The notes: generated from the sequence alone by a model not told the origin. Positions 10,859-21,220 are shown, numbered from the stretch's first letter. The stretch: 32,000 nt of DNA from Zymomonas mobilis subsp. mobilis ATCC 10988 (GCF_000175255.2 NC_017262.1:1860001-1892000); one strand, 5' to 3'. Translations and numbers: made by a program.

Positions 10859-11392
10859 ATGGATATCAATCTTATTCCCACAGGCGATAATGCGCCCGAA
10901 ACGCTGAATGTTATCATCGAAGTACCGCAGGGCGGCGAACCGGTGAAATACGAATTTGACAAAAAATCCGGTGCCTTGTTTGTTGACCGTTTATTGCATA
11001 CGCCTATGCGTTATCCGGCCAATTACGGCTTTGTTCCGCATACTTTGTCAGATGATGGCGATCCTCTGGATGCTTTGGTTCTTGCCCCGACGCCTTTCGT
11101 TCCGGGTAGTGTTGTCAGCGTCCGTCCTATCGCTGTTTTGCGGATGAAGGATGAAAAAGGCGAAGATGAAAAATTGTTGACGGTTCCTGTTGACGACATC
11201 ATCCCGCTTTATTCTTCTGTCAAAGAAGCCAGCGATTTACCTGCGATTATCACCGATCAGATCGGTCATTTCTTCGAACATTATAAAGACCTTGAATCTA
11301 AAAAATGGGTCAAGATCGAAGGTTGGGGCAGTTCTGCCGATGCTCGTAAAATCATCGTCGAAGCGATCGAACGCGCTCAGAAATCAGCCTGA
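10859..11392 (+). CDS. ppa: Inorganic pyrophosphatase (family I)
   Basis: The signature DDGDPLDALV and the N-terminus MDINLIPTGDNAPETLNVIIEVP match soluble PPases. The tracked ORF start at 10724 adds an implausible 45-aa extension. Confidence 0.92.
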   Translation: MDINLIPTGDNAPETLNVIIEVPQGGEPVKYEFDKKSGALFVDRLLHTPMRYPANYGFVPHTLSDDGDPLDALVLAPTPFVPGSVVSVRPIAVLRMKDEKGEDEKLLTVPVDDIIPLYSSVKEASDLPAIITDQIGHFFEHYKDLESKKWVKIEGWGSSADARKIIVEAIERAQKSA

Positions 11393-11463
11393 TCTTAGCT
11401 AAATCCAGCTTTTTTGCTGGATATTCAGATTAAATTTTATCCCGCATGACAAAATTTCTTTTG

Positions 11464-11802
11464 TTATGCGGGGTTATTTTTGACTGAAGCCTTTTTCTTC
11501 GACTGAAAATCAAGTGGTGTCTCTGGCTGATGAGGTAACATGCCTGCTGTTTCAGCGTAGATTTCTGTTTCTTGTTCGGGATGTGCTTCCAGCCATTTTT
11601 TCTGTTCTATTCGTTCCAAAGCCCGCCGCCGGATATAGGCTTTCCCTAGAACATATCCGGTGCCAAGAATAAGGCCAACAGGCCCCAAACGGCGAATAGC
11701 GCCAACAACCAAAGCCCCTGCTACCAGATTCTTCAGACTGTCACCTTGGTCGGCGCGATTGATCTCAGCCTGCACCAACGTCTCGACAATCCTTGAAACC
11801 AT
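11464..11802 (-). CDS. Hypothetical small membrane protein
   Basis: 112-aa ORF with a Gly/Ala/Val-rich hydrophobic stretch (LVAGALVVGAIRRLGPVGLILGTGYVLG) and a charged C-terminus. I recognise no family, and the SD is weak. Confidence 0.4.
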   Translation of the reverse strand: MVSRIVETLVQAEINRADQGDSLKNLVAGALVVGAIRRLGPVGLILGTGYVLGKAYIRRRALERIEQKKWLEAHPEQETEIYAETAGMLPHQPETPLDFQSKKKASVKNNPA

Positions 11803-11920
11803 GCCTTCTCATTCCCTGAATGAAATTACAATAATAACCCGACCGGCAAGCGCCTTTTCTACATCATCGGTTTTTTGAAGAACGCAGAAAACTCTAAAAA
11901 GAGCCGTAAAATTTAAAATG

Positions 11921-11944
11921 ACCGAATTTTTATAAAAATTCGGT
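11921..11944 (-). terminator. Perfect 24-bp palindrome, possible terminator downstream of sspB
   Basis: ACCGAATTTTTA|TAAAAATTCGGT is a perfect palindrome with no spacer. On the minus strand it is followed by CATTTTAAATTTTAC. The stem is AT-rich, so the call is weak. Confidence 0.35.
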
Positions 11945-12024
11945 TCTTTCTCTGGGGCTATCCTGCTTTTTTGGCCTGTCTTACGACCAAACACAGGATA
12001 GCGATATTCGATAGACAGTAAAAT

Positions 12025-12516
12025 CTATTTTTTACGGCTGAAATCAACCGAAACGACATTCGACCCTTCTTCGATAGGTTTGGCTTCAGGCAATGGCCGT
12101 TTTTCCGGCTCCGGTTCATTCTCTTCCGAATCAACGACTTCTTCGAACTGGGCTTCAAATTGCAAGGCAAAGTGAACCGAAGGATCGACGAAATTGGTGA
12201 TCGCGGAATAGGGGATAACCAGATTGGACGGGATACCACCAAAAGAAAGACCGATACTAAAATGATCGGATTCTACGACCAAATCCCAAAAGCGATTCTG
12301 AATGACAATCGTCATTTCTTCAGGGAATCGGGCTAACAGATGCGGCGGTACAGAAACACCGGATGCCTGTGTTTTAAAGGTGATATAGAAATGATGATCT
12401 CCGGGGAGGCCGCCCTCTGCCTGTACTGTCCCTAAAACGCGACCAACAACAGCGCGCAGGGCTTCTTGGACGATCTCATCATACGGAATCAGACTGTCAA
12501 AGCTTTCCTCATTCAT
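12025..12516 (-). CDS. sspB: ClpXP adaptor SspB (alphaproteobacterial type)
   Basis: [16 protein letters not shown]...[17 protein letters not shown]...[14 protein letters not shown]...LSFGGIP resembles the SspB fold family (PF04386) as seen in Caulobacter SspB-alpha. The C-terminal tail is acidic and disordered. Confidence 0.75.
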   Translation of the reverse strand: MNEESFDSLIPYDEIVQEALRAVVGRVLGTVQAEGGLPGDHHFYITFKTQASGVSVPPHLLARFPEEMTIVIQNRFWDLVVESDHFSIGLSFGGIPSNLVIPYSAITNFVDPSVHFALQFEAQFEEVVDSEENEPEPEKRPLPEAKPIEEGSNVVSVDFSRKK

Positions 12517-12603
12517 AAAGCCTTAGGTGGACGTGTCAAAGCTATCGGTCAAGATGGGATTGAGTATATTTGCATGAAAGCGCGGGTAGGCTATAGCGAT
12601 TTT

Positions 12604-13194
12604 ATGCAGCGTATAGCCTCAATCCATCGTCAAACCGCCGAAACCGATGTTCATATCCACCTTAATCTGGATGGACATGGGCAATATAATGTCAAAACTG
12701 GCATTGGTTTCTTTGATCATATGTTAGATCAGCTTTTTCGCCACTCACTTATTGATTGCGATGTGACCGTCAAAGGCGATCTACATATTGATCCCCATCA
12801 TACTATAGAAGATTGTGCACTTGCTCTCGGGCAGGCTGTTCAGCAGGCTTTGGGTGACAAAGCGGGCATTACTCGCTTTTCTCACGCCTATGCACCTATG
12901 GATGAAGCCTTGAGTCGGGTTGCCATTGATATTTCTGGCCGCCCTTATCTGGTTTGGCACTCCGCTTTCACTCAACCACGTTTGGGTGATCTTGATACCG
13001 AAATGCTGGAACATTGGTTTCTAAGTTTTGCTCAAGGGGCAGGACTTACCCTTCATGTTGAAACGCTTTACGGGCGCAATAACCATCATATTGCCGAAAG
13101 CCTGTTCAAAGCCTTGGCTCTGGCTTTACGTCAGGCCGTTGCTATTGATGCAGGGAAGCAAGGCCAAATACCTTCGACAAAGGGTAGTTTGTAA
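12604..13194 (+). CDS. hisB: Imidazoleglycerol-phosphate dehydratase (monofunctional)
   Basis: [16 protein letters not shown] start, with the metal-binding motifs IDPHHTIED and NNHHIAES. The longer tracked ORF start at 12466 would overlap the divergent sspB. Confidence 0.92.
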   Translation: MQRIASIHRQTAETDVHIHLNLDGHGQYNVKTGIGFFDHMLDQLFRHSLIDCDVTVKGDLHIDPHHTIEDCALALGQAVQQALGDKAGITRFSHAYAPMDEALSRVAIDISGRPYLVWHSAFTQPRLGDLDTEMLEHWFLSFAQGAGLTLHVETLYGRNNHHIAESLFKALALALRQAVAIDAGKQGQIPSTKGSL

Positions 13195-13195
13195 C

Positions 13196-13837
13196 GTGAA
13201 AAATCAGGCATCTTCAACAGTCGCTCTTATTGATTACGGTGCGGGTAATCTCCGTTCAGTTGCCAATGCATTATTGGCATCGGGATTAGCTCGCGAAAAT
13301 CTAGTTGTTACCGCCAATCCCGATGAGGTTCTTCAGGCAGACCGTGTTGTTTTGCCGGGGGTAGGTGCCTTCGCTTCCTGTATGCAGGCGTTAAAGGCTA
13401 TTCCTGATATGGTGCCCGCTTTGGAAAAGGCTGTTCTTGAAAAAGGACGGCCTTTTTTGGGTATCTGCGTCGGCATGCAGCTTCTCGCTGACCAAGGTGA
13501 AGAATATGGTGTCCATCAAGGTTTGGGTTGGATCAAAGGCAAGGTAACACCACTCCGCCCGAATGATCCTTCTTGTAAGGTGCCTCATATGGGATGGAAC
13601 CAGATTGGGCTGACCACAGATTCGCATCCTCTTCTTCGGGCGGGTGAAGCCTATTTTCTGCATAGCTACGCTTTTGTGCCAGAAGACGAATCGACCTTAT
13701 TAGCGACAACTGAACATGGCGGTCTTGTGACGGCCGCAGTCGGACGGGATAATATTATGGGTGTCCAATTCCACCCTGAAAAAAGCCAGAGCTATGGTCT
13801 AGAGTTTCTGTCCCGTTTTCTGGACTGGAATCCCTAA
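13196..13837 (+). CDS. hisH: Imidazole glycerol phosphate synthase, glutamine amidotransferase subunit
   Basis: VALIDYGAGNLRSV, the catalytic Cys in GICVGMQLL, and the His/Glu pair in VQFHPEKS. The most plausible start is the GTG at 13196, 1 nt after the hisB stop. The tracked ORF start at 13028 lies inside hisB. Confidence 0.9.
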   Translation: MKNQASSTVALIDYGAGNLRSVANALLASGLARENLVVTANPDEVLQADRVVLPGVGAFASCMQALKAIPDMVPALEKAVLEKGRPFLGICVGMQLLADQGEEYGVHQGLGWIKGKVTPLRPNDPSCKVPHMGWNQIGLTTDSHPLLRAGEAYFLHSYAFVPEDESTLLATTEHGGLVTAAVGRDNIMGVQFHPEKSQSYGLEFLSRFLDWNP

Positions 13838-13941
13838 TAGAACGCACATCTTGCCAGATAGATGATACTGTCTGGCTTCCCCCTTTATCTTTTATGTCCC
13901 CCCATCAAAAGAACATAAAAGAACGGATATTGGAGAAATCC

Positions 13942-14694
13942 ATGACGGATTCACTGATTATTTTTCCTGCCATTGATCTGAAAGAAGGTCATGTTGTTCG
14001 CCTGTCCGAAGGCGATATGGATCGTGCTACCATTTATGATGATGATCCAGCCGCTCGCGCCCGCCAATTTTATGAGGCGGGTGCCCGTTATTTGCATGTA
14101 GTTGATCTTGACGGTGCTTTTGCCGGCCATGCCATGAACGCGGCGGCGGTTGACGCTATTGTAAAGGCCTTTCCCGGCACTATCGAACTTGGCGGTGGTA
14201 TTCGGGATATGAACGCGATTGATGGCTGGCTTTCTCGGGGCATCAGCCGCGTTGTCATTGGGACAGCGGCTTTTGAAAACCCTGATCTAGTGAAGGAAGC
14301 CGCCCAAAAATATCCGGGACAGATCGTGGTCGCGGTCGATGCACGTGATGGTATGGTCACTACCAAAGGTTGGGCAGAGCAGTCAGAAATTTCTGTCACT
14401 GATATGGCTGAACGTTTTGCTGACGCAGGTGTCGTTGCATTACTTTACACGGATGTGGGTCGGGATGGCTTAAAAAAGGGCTGTAACAGCGAGGCCACCT
14501 TAGCTTTGGCCGCCGCAACGGACATTCCGGTTATTGCCAGCGGTGGGGTCAAAGATATTGGTGATATCGAATTGCTGGCACGCCATACAAAAGACGGCAT
14601 CGAAGGTGTTATCTGTGGTCGAGCTATTTATGACGGCTCACTTGATCTGAAAGCGGCTTTAGCTATTGCCCGCCAAGGAGGAGCTAGCGCATGA
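13942..14694 (+). CDS. hisA: ProFAR isomerase (1-(5-phosphoribosyl)-5-[(5-phosphoribosylamino)methylideneamino]imidazole-4-carboxamide isomerase)
   Basis: [17 protein letters not shown] and IASGGV motifs. GGAGAA SD lies upstream of the ATG at 13942. Confidence 0.92.
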   Translation: MTDSLIIFPAIDLKEGHVVRLSEGDMDRATIYDDDPAARARQFYEAGARYLHVVDLDGAFAGHAMNAAAVDAIVKAFPGTIELGGGIRDMNAIDGWLSRGISRVVIGTAAFENPDLVKEAAQKYPGQIVVAVDARDGMVTTKGWAEQSEISVTDMAERFADAGVVALLYTDVGRDGLKKGCNSEATLALAAATDIPVIASGGVKDIGDIELLARHTKDGIEGVICGRAIYDGSLDLKAALAIARQGGASA

Positions 14695-15458
14695 CCCTTT
14701 GTACCCGAATTATCCCTTGTCTGGATGTTGCCGATGGGCGGGTCGTGAAAGGCGTTAATTTTACCGATTTAATGGATGCAGGCGATCCAGTCGAGCAAGC
14801 CAAAGTCTATGATGCTGCTGGGGCTGACGAATTATGCTTTCTGGACATTTCGGCCAGCCATGAAGGGCGCGGCACTATGCTGGATGTCGTCGCTCGTACG
14901 GCTGAAGTCTGTTTTATGCCCCTCACAGTTGGCGGCGGCGTGCGTCAGGTTGAAGATGCTCGTGCTTTGCTATTAGCTGGAGCTGACAAAGTCGCCGTTA
15001 ATTCCGCTGCTGTCACTCGACCAGAATTGGTCGCAGAGATTGCTGACCGTTTCGGGGCGCAATGTGTGGTTGCTGCCATTGATGCTCGTCGTAATGGCGA
15101 TCATTGGGAAGTCTATACCCATGGCGGTCGTCGTCCGACGGGTATCAACGCGCTCGATCATGCCCTTAATTTGACGCGTTTGGGAGCAGGTGAAATCCTT
15201 CTGACTTCCATGGATAAGGACGGGACCAGAGACGGCTATGATCTGGAATTAACGCGTCTGGTTGCTGATTCCGTGCCCGTTCCTGTTATTGCCAGTGGTG
15301 GGGTTGGGAATCTCGATCATATGGTCGAAGGGGTGACCAAAGGTCATGCCAGCGCGTTGCTCGCTGCCTCTATTTTTCATTTTGGCCAATATAGCTTGGC
15401 AGAAGCCCATGAAGCCTTGGCAAAGGCTGGATTAACCGTGCGGCATCCGCCCGAATAA
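14691..15458 (+). CDS. hisF: Imidazole glycerol phosphate synthase, cyclase subunit
   Basis: [13 protein letters not shown] and IASGGVG motifs. There is an ATGA overlap with the hisA stop. Confidence 0.95.
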   Translation: MTLCTRIIPCLDVADGRVVKGVNFTDLMDAGDPVEQAKVYDAAGADELCFLDISASHEGRGTMLDVVARTAEVCFMPLTVGGGVRQVEDARALLLAGADKVAVNSAAVTRPELVAEIADRFGAQCVVAAIDARRNGDHWEVYTHGGRRPTGINALDHALNLTRLGAGEILLTSMDKDGTRDGYDLELTRLVADSVPVPVIASGGVGNLDHMVEGVTKGHASALLAASIFHFGQYSLAEAHEALAKAGLTVRHPPE

Positions 15459-15563
15459 CCGATTAATCCACGTTTAAGGTGGGTTACTCTTAACAAGGTT
15501 ACTTCCCGTTTTTTAAAATAGCCTGTTCAAAAAGGGCAGGGGATAAAGAAAGACAAAAATGTT

Positions 15564-15887
15564 ATGTCTGAAGAAACATTAGCCTATATCGAATCCGTTA
15601 TTGCTGAACGGCGCAAAGCCTCTCCAGAAGATTCCTATGTTTCTTCTCTCTTTCATCGTGGCACTGCCCATATCGCCCAGAAAGTCGGCGAAGAAGCCGT
15701 AGAAACTGTTATTGCGGCCTTGGCTCAAGATAAAAAATCACTGGAGAGTGAAGCGGCTGATCTCATTTTTCATCTAGCTGTTTTATTAGCTGACCGTGGT
15801 AGCAGCTTTGAAAATGTCTTTTCGGAATTAAGACGACGTGAAGGCGTCTCCGGTCATGCTGAAAAAGCGGCACGACCAAAATCCTAA
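15564..15887 (+). CDS. hisE: Phosphoribosyl-ATP pyrophosphatase
   Basis: 107-aa MazG-like helical protein with EEAVETVIAA...EAADLIFHLAVLL. It sits at the end of the his cluster. Confidence 0.9.
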   Translation: MSEETLAYIESVIAERRKASPEDSYVSSLFHRGTAHIAQKVGEEAVETVIAALAQDKKSLESEAADLIFHLAVLLADRGSSFENVFSELRRREGVSGHAEKAARPKS

Positions 15888-15904
15888 ATAATAGAATAGC
15901 GAAT

Positions 15905-15940
15905 AAAGCCGGTCTTCCCAAGATCGGCTTTATTTATATT
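15905..15940 (+). terminator. Rho-independent terminator after hisE
   Basis: AAAGCCGGTC-TTCCCAA-GATCGGCTTT stem (one G-U pair) followed by ATTTATATT. Confidence 0.6.
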
Positions 15941-16032
15941 CTTTTGTATAATCAGAATAAGAATTAAGACCTTTTTTAAGAAATTTATTATCAATATTTT
16001 TAAAAATTTCTTTTATCTGAAAGGAACGAATA

Positions 16033-16410
16033 ATGACTGTCGATATTCATCAACCCTATGATGATAACAATATCTTTGCCCGCATTATTCGCGGTGAAAT
16101 CCCTTGCAAAAAGGTCTTTGAAAACGACCAAGTATTGGCCTTTCATGATATCAATCCTCAGGCGCCTGTTCATATCTTGGTTATTCCCAAAGGGCGCTAT
16201 GTTTCATGGGATGATTTTTCTGAAAAGGCTTCAGATACAGAGATTGCTGCTTTAACGCAGGCAGTGGGTCAGATCAGCCGCGATCCAGCCTTAAACAACG
16301 GCTATCGGCTGATTGTGAATTGTGGCCATGATGCAGACCAGTTGGTGCCACATTTACATATTCATATTTTATCCGGCAAAGAATTGGGTGCCAAGCTCAT
16401 CCAGTCATAA
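16033..16410 (+). CDS. HIT (histidine triad) family protein
   Basis: Histidine triad HLHIHIL near the C-terminus, and a HinT-like 125-aa length. Confidence 0.88.
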   Translation: MTVDIHQPYDDNNIFARIIRGEIPCKKVFENDQVLAFHDINPQAPVHILVIPKGRYVSWDDFSEKASDTEIAALTQAVGQISRDPALNNGYRLIVNCGHDADQLVPHLHIHILSGKELGAKLIQS

Positions 16411-16741
16411 TTCGCAATATTTTGCAATAAAAGGCTTATTTCGTTTTTGGTTTAAATTTTATTTGATCAAAATCAAAATAAGCCTTATGTAATAATAATA
16501 TTATAATATTGTATCAGCTGGATATAGTCTTTCCTTACTATCAGGAGGATGAAAAGAACTAGATTATGTCAGAAAAGACGCTTTTTCTCTTGCCAGCTGT
16601 CGGGAAACGCCTTCTATTGTCTATCGAGGTGGGTCGTTCGGGCTAACTATTTGAGAACATCAATTAAATTTGGCCTGGAACGGTTAATCTATAGATAAAA
16701 TCAAAGTGCGGTACAGACCGCTTCTTATCGGGGGATAATGA

Positions 16742-18238
16742 ATGATATTCGGGCGTGTGAAGCCTCTCGACGCCATTTTAGAAACAGCTAAAAAGAAATC
16801 TCTCCATCGTTCTTTAGGCGCTTTTCAGCTAACTATGCTGGGTATTGGCGCTATTATCGGTACCGGTATTTTTGTGTTAACGGCGGAAGCCGCACAAAAA
16901 GCAGGCCCCGGAATGATGTTGAGCTTTATTATTGCTGCCTGCGTTTGTGGGGTGGCAGCTTTTTGCTATGCTGAAATGGCCGCTATGGTACCCGTATCAG
17001 GGTCAGCTTATACCTATAGCTATGCCGTCATGGGCGAACTTGTTGCATGGATGGTCGGCTGGGCGCTTATTCTTGAATATGCTGTGGCGGCCAGTGCGGT
17101 TTCTGTCGGTTGGTCAGGCTATGTTGTCGGTTTAATTGAGCATCTAACAGGCTCTCATTTACCAGCTTCCGTCCTTGTTTTTACCAAAGGGCCTTTTAAT
17201 GGCGGTATTATCAACCTTCCCGCTGCCTTTATTGCTCTTTTAATCATGTCTTTATTGATACGTGGTACCAAAGAAAGCGCTACTGCCAGCGCTATTCTGG
17301 TTGTTATCAAAATAACGGCACTTTCTCTTTTTATCTTTTTGGCTATTCCAGCTATGAAGATAGAAAATTTTCATCCTTTCGCACCTTTGGGTTTTTCAGG
17401 TATATCTGCGGCGGCGGCTTCTATCTTTTTTGCCTATGTCGGTTTTGATGCTGTTTCTACGGCAGCCGAAGAAACCAAGGATCCTCAACGGAATATGCCG
17501 ATTGGCTTGGTCGGCTCACTTGCTATTTGTACTTTGTTTTATATGTTGGTTTCGGCAGGCGTTATTGGTGGCGTGGGGGCGCAACCTGTTTTTGATGCCG
17601 CTCATCAGCATGCGTTACCCGCAGGTAGTAGTGAAATGGCAGCCGCCTGTTCTACTCTGAAAGACAGCCATGTCGTCTGCTCTAATGAAGCCTTAGCATG
17701 GAGCCTTCGTAAAATCGGATGGAATAAAGTCGGCAATCTGATTGCGTTGGCAGCCGGTTTTGCCTTGCCGTCCGTTATTCTGATGATGATTTTTGGTCAG
17801 ACCCGCATCTTTTTTGTGATGAGCCGTGACGGTTTGTTACCGGGATTTTTTGCTAAAGTGCATCCCCGTTTCAAAACGCCTTATATCGTGACTGTCATGA
17901 CCGGCTTGGCCGTTGCTACTTTTTCGGCTTTCTTCCCTGTTGGTATTCTTGCTGACATTTCCAATGCAGGCACGTTATTCGCGTTTGCTATGGTTGCTAT
18001 TGCTGTCTTGGTCTTGCGTCATACCGATCCGAAAAGACATCGGCCTTTCAAAACGCCTTGTATTTATTTGATTGCGCCTCTGGCCGCCTTGGGCTGTCTG
18101 TATCTTTTTGTCAGTCTGCCTTTAATGACATTAAAAATGTTCTTTGGCTGGACGGTCGTCGGACTGGTTGTCTATTTTCTCTATGGCTATCGTCACAGTA
18201 ATATTGCTCGCAATATTTCAGATGATGAAGAGGCCTAA
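16742..18238 (+). CDS. APC-superfamily amino acid permease (cationic amino acid transporter-like)
   Basis: 498-aa polytopic membrane protein. The N-terminal LTMLGIGAIIGTGIF motif is typical of the APC family, and there is an extended Cys-containing loop mid-protein. The substrate cannot be told from sequence. Confidence 0.85.
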   Translation: MIFGRVKPLDAILETAKKKSLHRSLGAFQLTMLGIGAIIGTGIFVLTAEAAQKAGPGMMLSFIIAACVCGVAAFCYAEMAAMVPVSGSAYTYSYAVMGELVAWMVGWALILEYAVAASAVSVGWSGYVVGLIEHLTGSHLPASVLVFTKGPFNGGIINLPAAFIALLIMSLLIRGTKESATASAILVVIKITALSLFIFLAIPAMKIENFHPFAPLGFSGISAAAASIFFAYVGFDAVSTAAEETKDPQRNMPIGLVGSLAICTLFYMLVSAGVIGGVGAQPVFDAAHQHALPAGSSEMAAACSTLKDSHVVCSNEALAWSLRKIGWNKVGNLIALAAGFALPSVILMMIFGQTRIFFVMSRDGLLPGFFAKVHPRFKTPYIVTVMTGLAVATFSAFFPVGILADISNAGTLFAFAMVAIAVLVLRHTDPKRHRPFKTPCIYLIAPLAALGCLYLFVSLPLMTLKMFFGWTVVGLVVYFLYGYRHSNIARNISDDEEA

Positions 18239-18323
18239 AACGAACCACGGTTCTCCTGCCTCCTCTGCTCTTAGCGGATAGGCAGCGGGCTAAAATTCAT
18301 TACCAAGAGAATACATACCCGAG

Positions 18324-18359
18324 AAAAAACGGCAGAGAATCAATCTCTGCCGTTTTTTT
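18324..18359. terminator. Bidirectional rho-independent terminator between permease (+) and ppc (-)
   Basis: AAAAAA-CGGCAGAGA-ATCAA-TCTCTGCCG-TTTTTTT: a perfect 9-bp stem flanked by an A-run and a T-run. Confidence 0.85.
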
Positions 18360-18382
18360 GTCTTTAAAATAGGGTTGATGTA

Positions 18383-21040
18383 TCAACCGCTGTTGCGAAG
18401 TGCCGTCGCAATGGCATTGATTGTCAGCTGAATAGATTCGAGGATATGCGGGTTGGTATCACCTCCACGCCATTTCTTCAGCAATTCGACCTGTAAGTAA
18501 TTAAGCGGTTCCAGATAAGGCCGACGCATCTGCACCGAGTTATCAACCGCCGGAAAGCGTTCCAACAGCCAATTCTGCTGGGTTGCCTTTAACAGACCTT
18601 CACAACCTTTATTCCAGCCATCCGCGATAGAATCATAGATAGCCTCACCATTTGTCTGATCCTCAACCAAGGCCAGATAATGCTTGGCGATCGTCATATC
18701 GGAACGTGCCATCACCTGTTCCATATTACGAATAGTCGTGCGGAAAAACGGCCAACGGCTTGCCATTTCCTGTAACAGCTCGGTATCTTCAAAGTCATAT
18801 AAAGCCTGACCGAAACCGAACCAACCGGGTAACATGACCCGAACTTGAGACCAGCTAAACACCCAAGGAATAGCGCGTAGATCTTCAATCCGGTCGGATT
18901 TTTTGCGGCTAGGTGGGCGTGACCCGATCTTTAAAAGAGCAATTTCTGGCAAAGGCGTAAATTCACTAAAGAATTTGCGGAAGCCCTTCGTTCCATAGAC
19001 CAATTGGCGATAGGTCTGGAAAGCTGAATCTGAGATCTGATCCAAGGCCTTACGGTAACGACTAAACTCTGGCTCGACAATGGTCGGTGCTTCCAAAGAC
19101 GTAATCAAAGTCGCCGCTACGGCCTCATCCAGATGGGCAATAGCGCTTTCATGGGTGCCATATTTGGCCGCCACGACTTCACCCTGTTCTGTATAACGGA
19201 TACGCCCTTTGACGGCTCCGGCTGGCTGCGACAGAATGGCATTAAAGTTGGAACCACCACCGCGACCAACGGAACCACCCCGTCCATGGAAAAACTGGAT
19301 CTGCACACCGGCTTTTTCAAAAATCGGCACCAAAGCGAGGCAAGCCTTATAAAGACCCCAAACCGAGGTCAGATATCCGCCGTCCTTATTGGAGTCAGAA
19401 TAGCCAACCATCACTTCCTGAACGCCATGTGCCTTTGCAATGGCTTGCGCTTCAGGCAGCTTGAACCATTCCTCCATGACCTTTGGCGCATTTTCAAGAT
19501 CGGCCACCGTCTCGAATAAAGGCGCAGCTTCAATCGCCGCTTTTGGCTTGGCACCCCCTTGATACAGCCCTGCTTCTTTCAAAAGTAAATAGACTTCAAG
19601 AATATCGGAAATGCTTTCGCCATTCGAAATCAAATAAGTCGTAATGGATTCAGGGCCAAAAATTTCATGGGCGCGTGCCGCCGCCTGAATAATATCAAGT
19701 TCAGAACGCGTCTCTTCGGAATAATCGGCGCGCGGAACGAATAGAGTGCGCGGCTGCGACAATTCCCTTCTTAACAGCTTAACGCGATCTTCTTCCGATA
19801 GAGATAAATAATCGGCTTCAACGACGGCTGTCCGTAGCAGTTCATTGACAACTCTTTCATGAACCTGCGAATTCTGACGCAGATCGAGGGTAGCCAAATG
19901 GAAACCAAAGGTTTCAACCGAACGGATCAATGCCTTAAAACTACCTTCTGCCAATTTACCCAAGCCTTCGGCCAAGGTCTTCAAATCAGCCAGCAATTCT
20001 TGAGGCCGTTTATAGGCTTCTGCAGAACGCAAGGCTGGGCGCGAAGGGTTGCGACCGGCGATCTGACGATAGGTAGCGGCTAAACGGTCATAAATACCAT
20101 TTAAGGCACGACGATAAGGTTCATCCGCACGGATCGCAGCATCGTCACCACTTTTATCGGCTAGACGTAGAATATCATCGGATACCGAAACCATATCGGT
20201 TGAGACCGAAAGATTGGAAAGCAGTTTATCAAGACGGTTGAGATAATCCGTCAATACCGTTTCCGAGCTGCGCTTCAAAGACAGCATGATCGTATCGGCA
20301 TTGACATTGGGGTTACCGTCACGGTCACCACCAATCCAATTACCAGGTCTGATAAAGCTTGGAATAGAACTACCAAGCAATTTTTCCCATTCTGCATAAA
20401 GCTGGGGCAGAACAGGCAGAAAAGTTTCTCTTAAGAAAGACAGGGCAGTTTCGATTTCATCGGCTACGGTCAGCTTTTGCAGCATGAGCGGACGAGTCTG
20501 CCATAATATCGTGATTTGCTGGATTAACGCATCTTCGATCGGAAGACCATCTTCGGTCACCGTTTGTCCAGCATCTTTTAACCGCATTAAACCTGCAATG
20601 CGATTATAATGGTCAAGCATACTTTTCCGACGCACTTCGGTCGGATGTGCTGTCAGAACAGGCACAATGCAGGCTTTATCGATCATATCAATGATCGCCT
20701 GCTGACTGACGCCTTTGGCTTTTATGTCCTTAAGGGCACTTGCCATATTGGCATCAGGATCAAGGGCATCTCCCTGACGATCATCAGCCAAATTGGCCAG
20801 CATTGAAAACAGCAAAAAGGCATGTGCAAAAGAGAACATGTCATTAAGGTCAAGATCGGCTAAGCGAGAACTTAGCTCGGTGCTGTCAACAATACCCCGA
20901 TGGCGTCTAATCGCGGCAGAGCGAATTTGCTCGATCTGGTTGAATAAAGACTCTCCGCCTTGTTCCTTAATAACCTGACCGAGCAGGTTACCAAAATAGC
21001 GAAGGTCTGGGTTCTGATTAATTGTGCGCGGCTTGGTCAT
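18383..21040 (-). CDS. ppc: Phosphoenolpyruvate carboxylase
   Basis: 885-aa ORF with VLTAHPTE and FHGRGGSVGRGGG signature motifs and a C-terminus of the usual PEPC type. Confidence 0.96.
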   Translation of the reverse strand: MTKPRTINQNPDLRYFGNLLGQVIKEQGGESLFNQIEQIRSAAIRRHRGIVDSTELSSRLADLDLNDMFSFAHAFLLFSMLANLADDRQGDALDPDANMASALKDIKAKGVSQQAIIDMIDKACIVPVLTAHPTEVRRKSMLDHYNRIAGLMRLKDAGQTVTEDGLPIEDALIQQITILWQTRPLMLQKLTVADEIETALSFLRETFLPVLPQLYAEWEKLLGSSIPSFIRPGNWIGGDRDGNPNVNADTIMLSLKRSSETVLTDYLNRLDKLLSNLSVSTDMVSVSDDILRLADKSGDDAAIRADEPYRRALNGIYDRLAATYRQIAGRNPSRPALRSAEAYKRPQELLADLKTLAEGLGKLAEGSFKALIRSVETFGFHLATLDLRQNSQVHERVVNELLRTAVVEADYLSLSEEDRVKLLRRELSQPRTLFVPRADYSEETRSELDIIQAAARAHEIFGPESITTYLISNGESISDILEVYLLLKEAGLYQGGAKPKAAIEAAPLFETVADLENAPKVMEEWFKLPEAQAIAKAHGVQEVMVGYSDSNKDGGYLTSVWGLYKACLALVPIFEKAGVQIQFFHGRGGSVGRGGGSNFNAILSQPAGAVKGRIRYTEQGEVVAAKYGTHESAIAHLDEAVAATLITSLEAPTIVEPEFSRYRKALDQISDSAFQTYRQLVYGTKGFRKFFSEFTPLPEIALLKIGSRPPSRKKSDRIEDLRAIPWVFSWSQVRVMLPGWFGFGQALYDFEDTELLQEMASRWPFFRTTIRNMEQVMARSDMTIAKHYLALVEDQTNGEAIYDSIADGWNKGCEGLLKATQQNWLLERFPAVDNSVQMRRPYLEPLNYLQVELLKKWRGGDTNPHILESIQLTINAIATALRNSG

Positions 21041-21195
21041 AAACCATCCCTTTGCCTAGCTTACCGAAGAGAGACAACCCATCTTCTGGCCTTATGCCTC
21101 AAAAAAATGGTTAGTCTTTTCGATTAGAAGTATCCTAAATTATTTCTTAAAGGCTTTTTTTGTAAGAATTACTCTATTGTATAATAATTATTTAT

Positions 21196-21220
21196 TTTTT
21201 GGTTATAAAATAACCAAAAA
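21196..21220. promoter_or_regulatory. 11-bp perfect inverted repeat (3-bp spacer) in the ppc / adenosyltransferase divergent control region
   Basis: TTTTTGGTTAT-AAA-ATAACCAAAAA read directly from the sequence. Any function (operator or hairpin) is unknown. Confidence 0.25.

Noticed and set aside
16547-16702. 51-codon ORF (MKRTRLCQKRRFF...) after AGGAGG in the permease leader, considered as a leader peptide.
   Set aside because: The AGGAGG abuts the ATG with no spacer, and there is no codon run suggestive of attenuation. I kept only the general leader observation.
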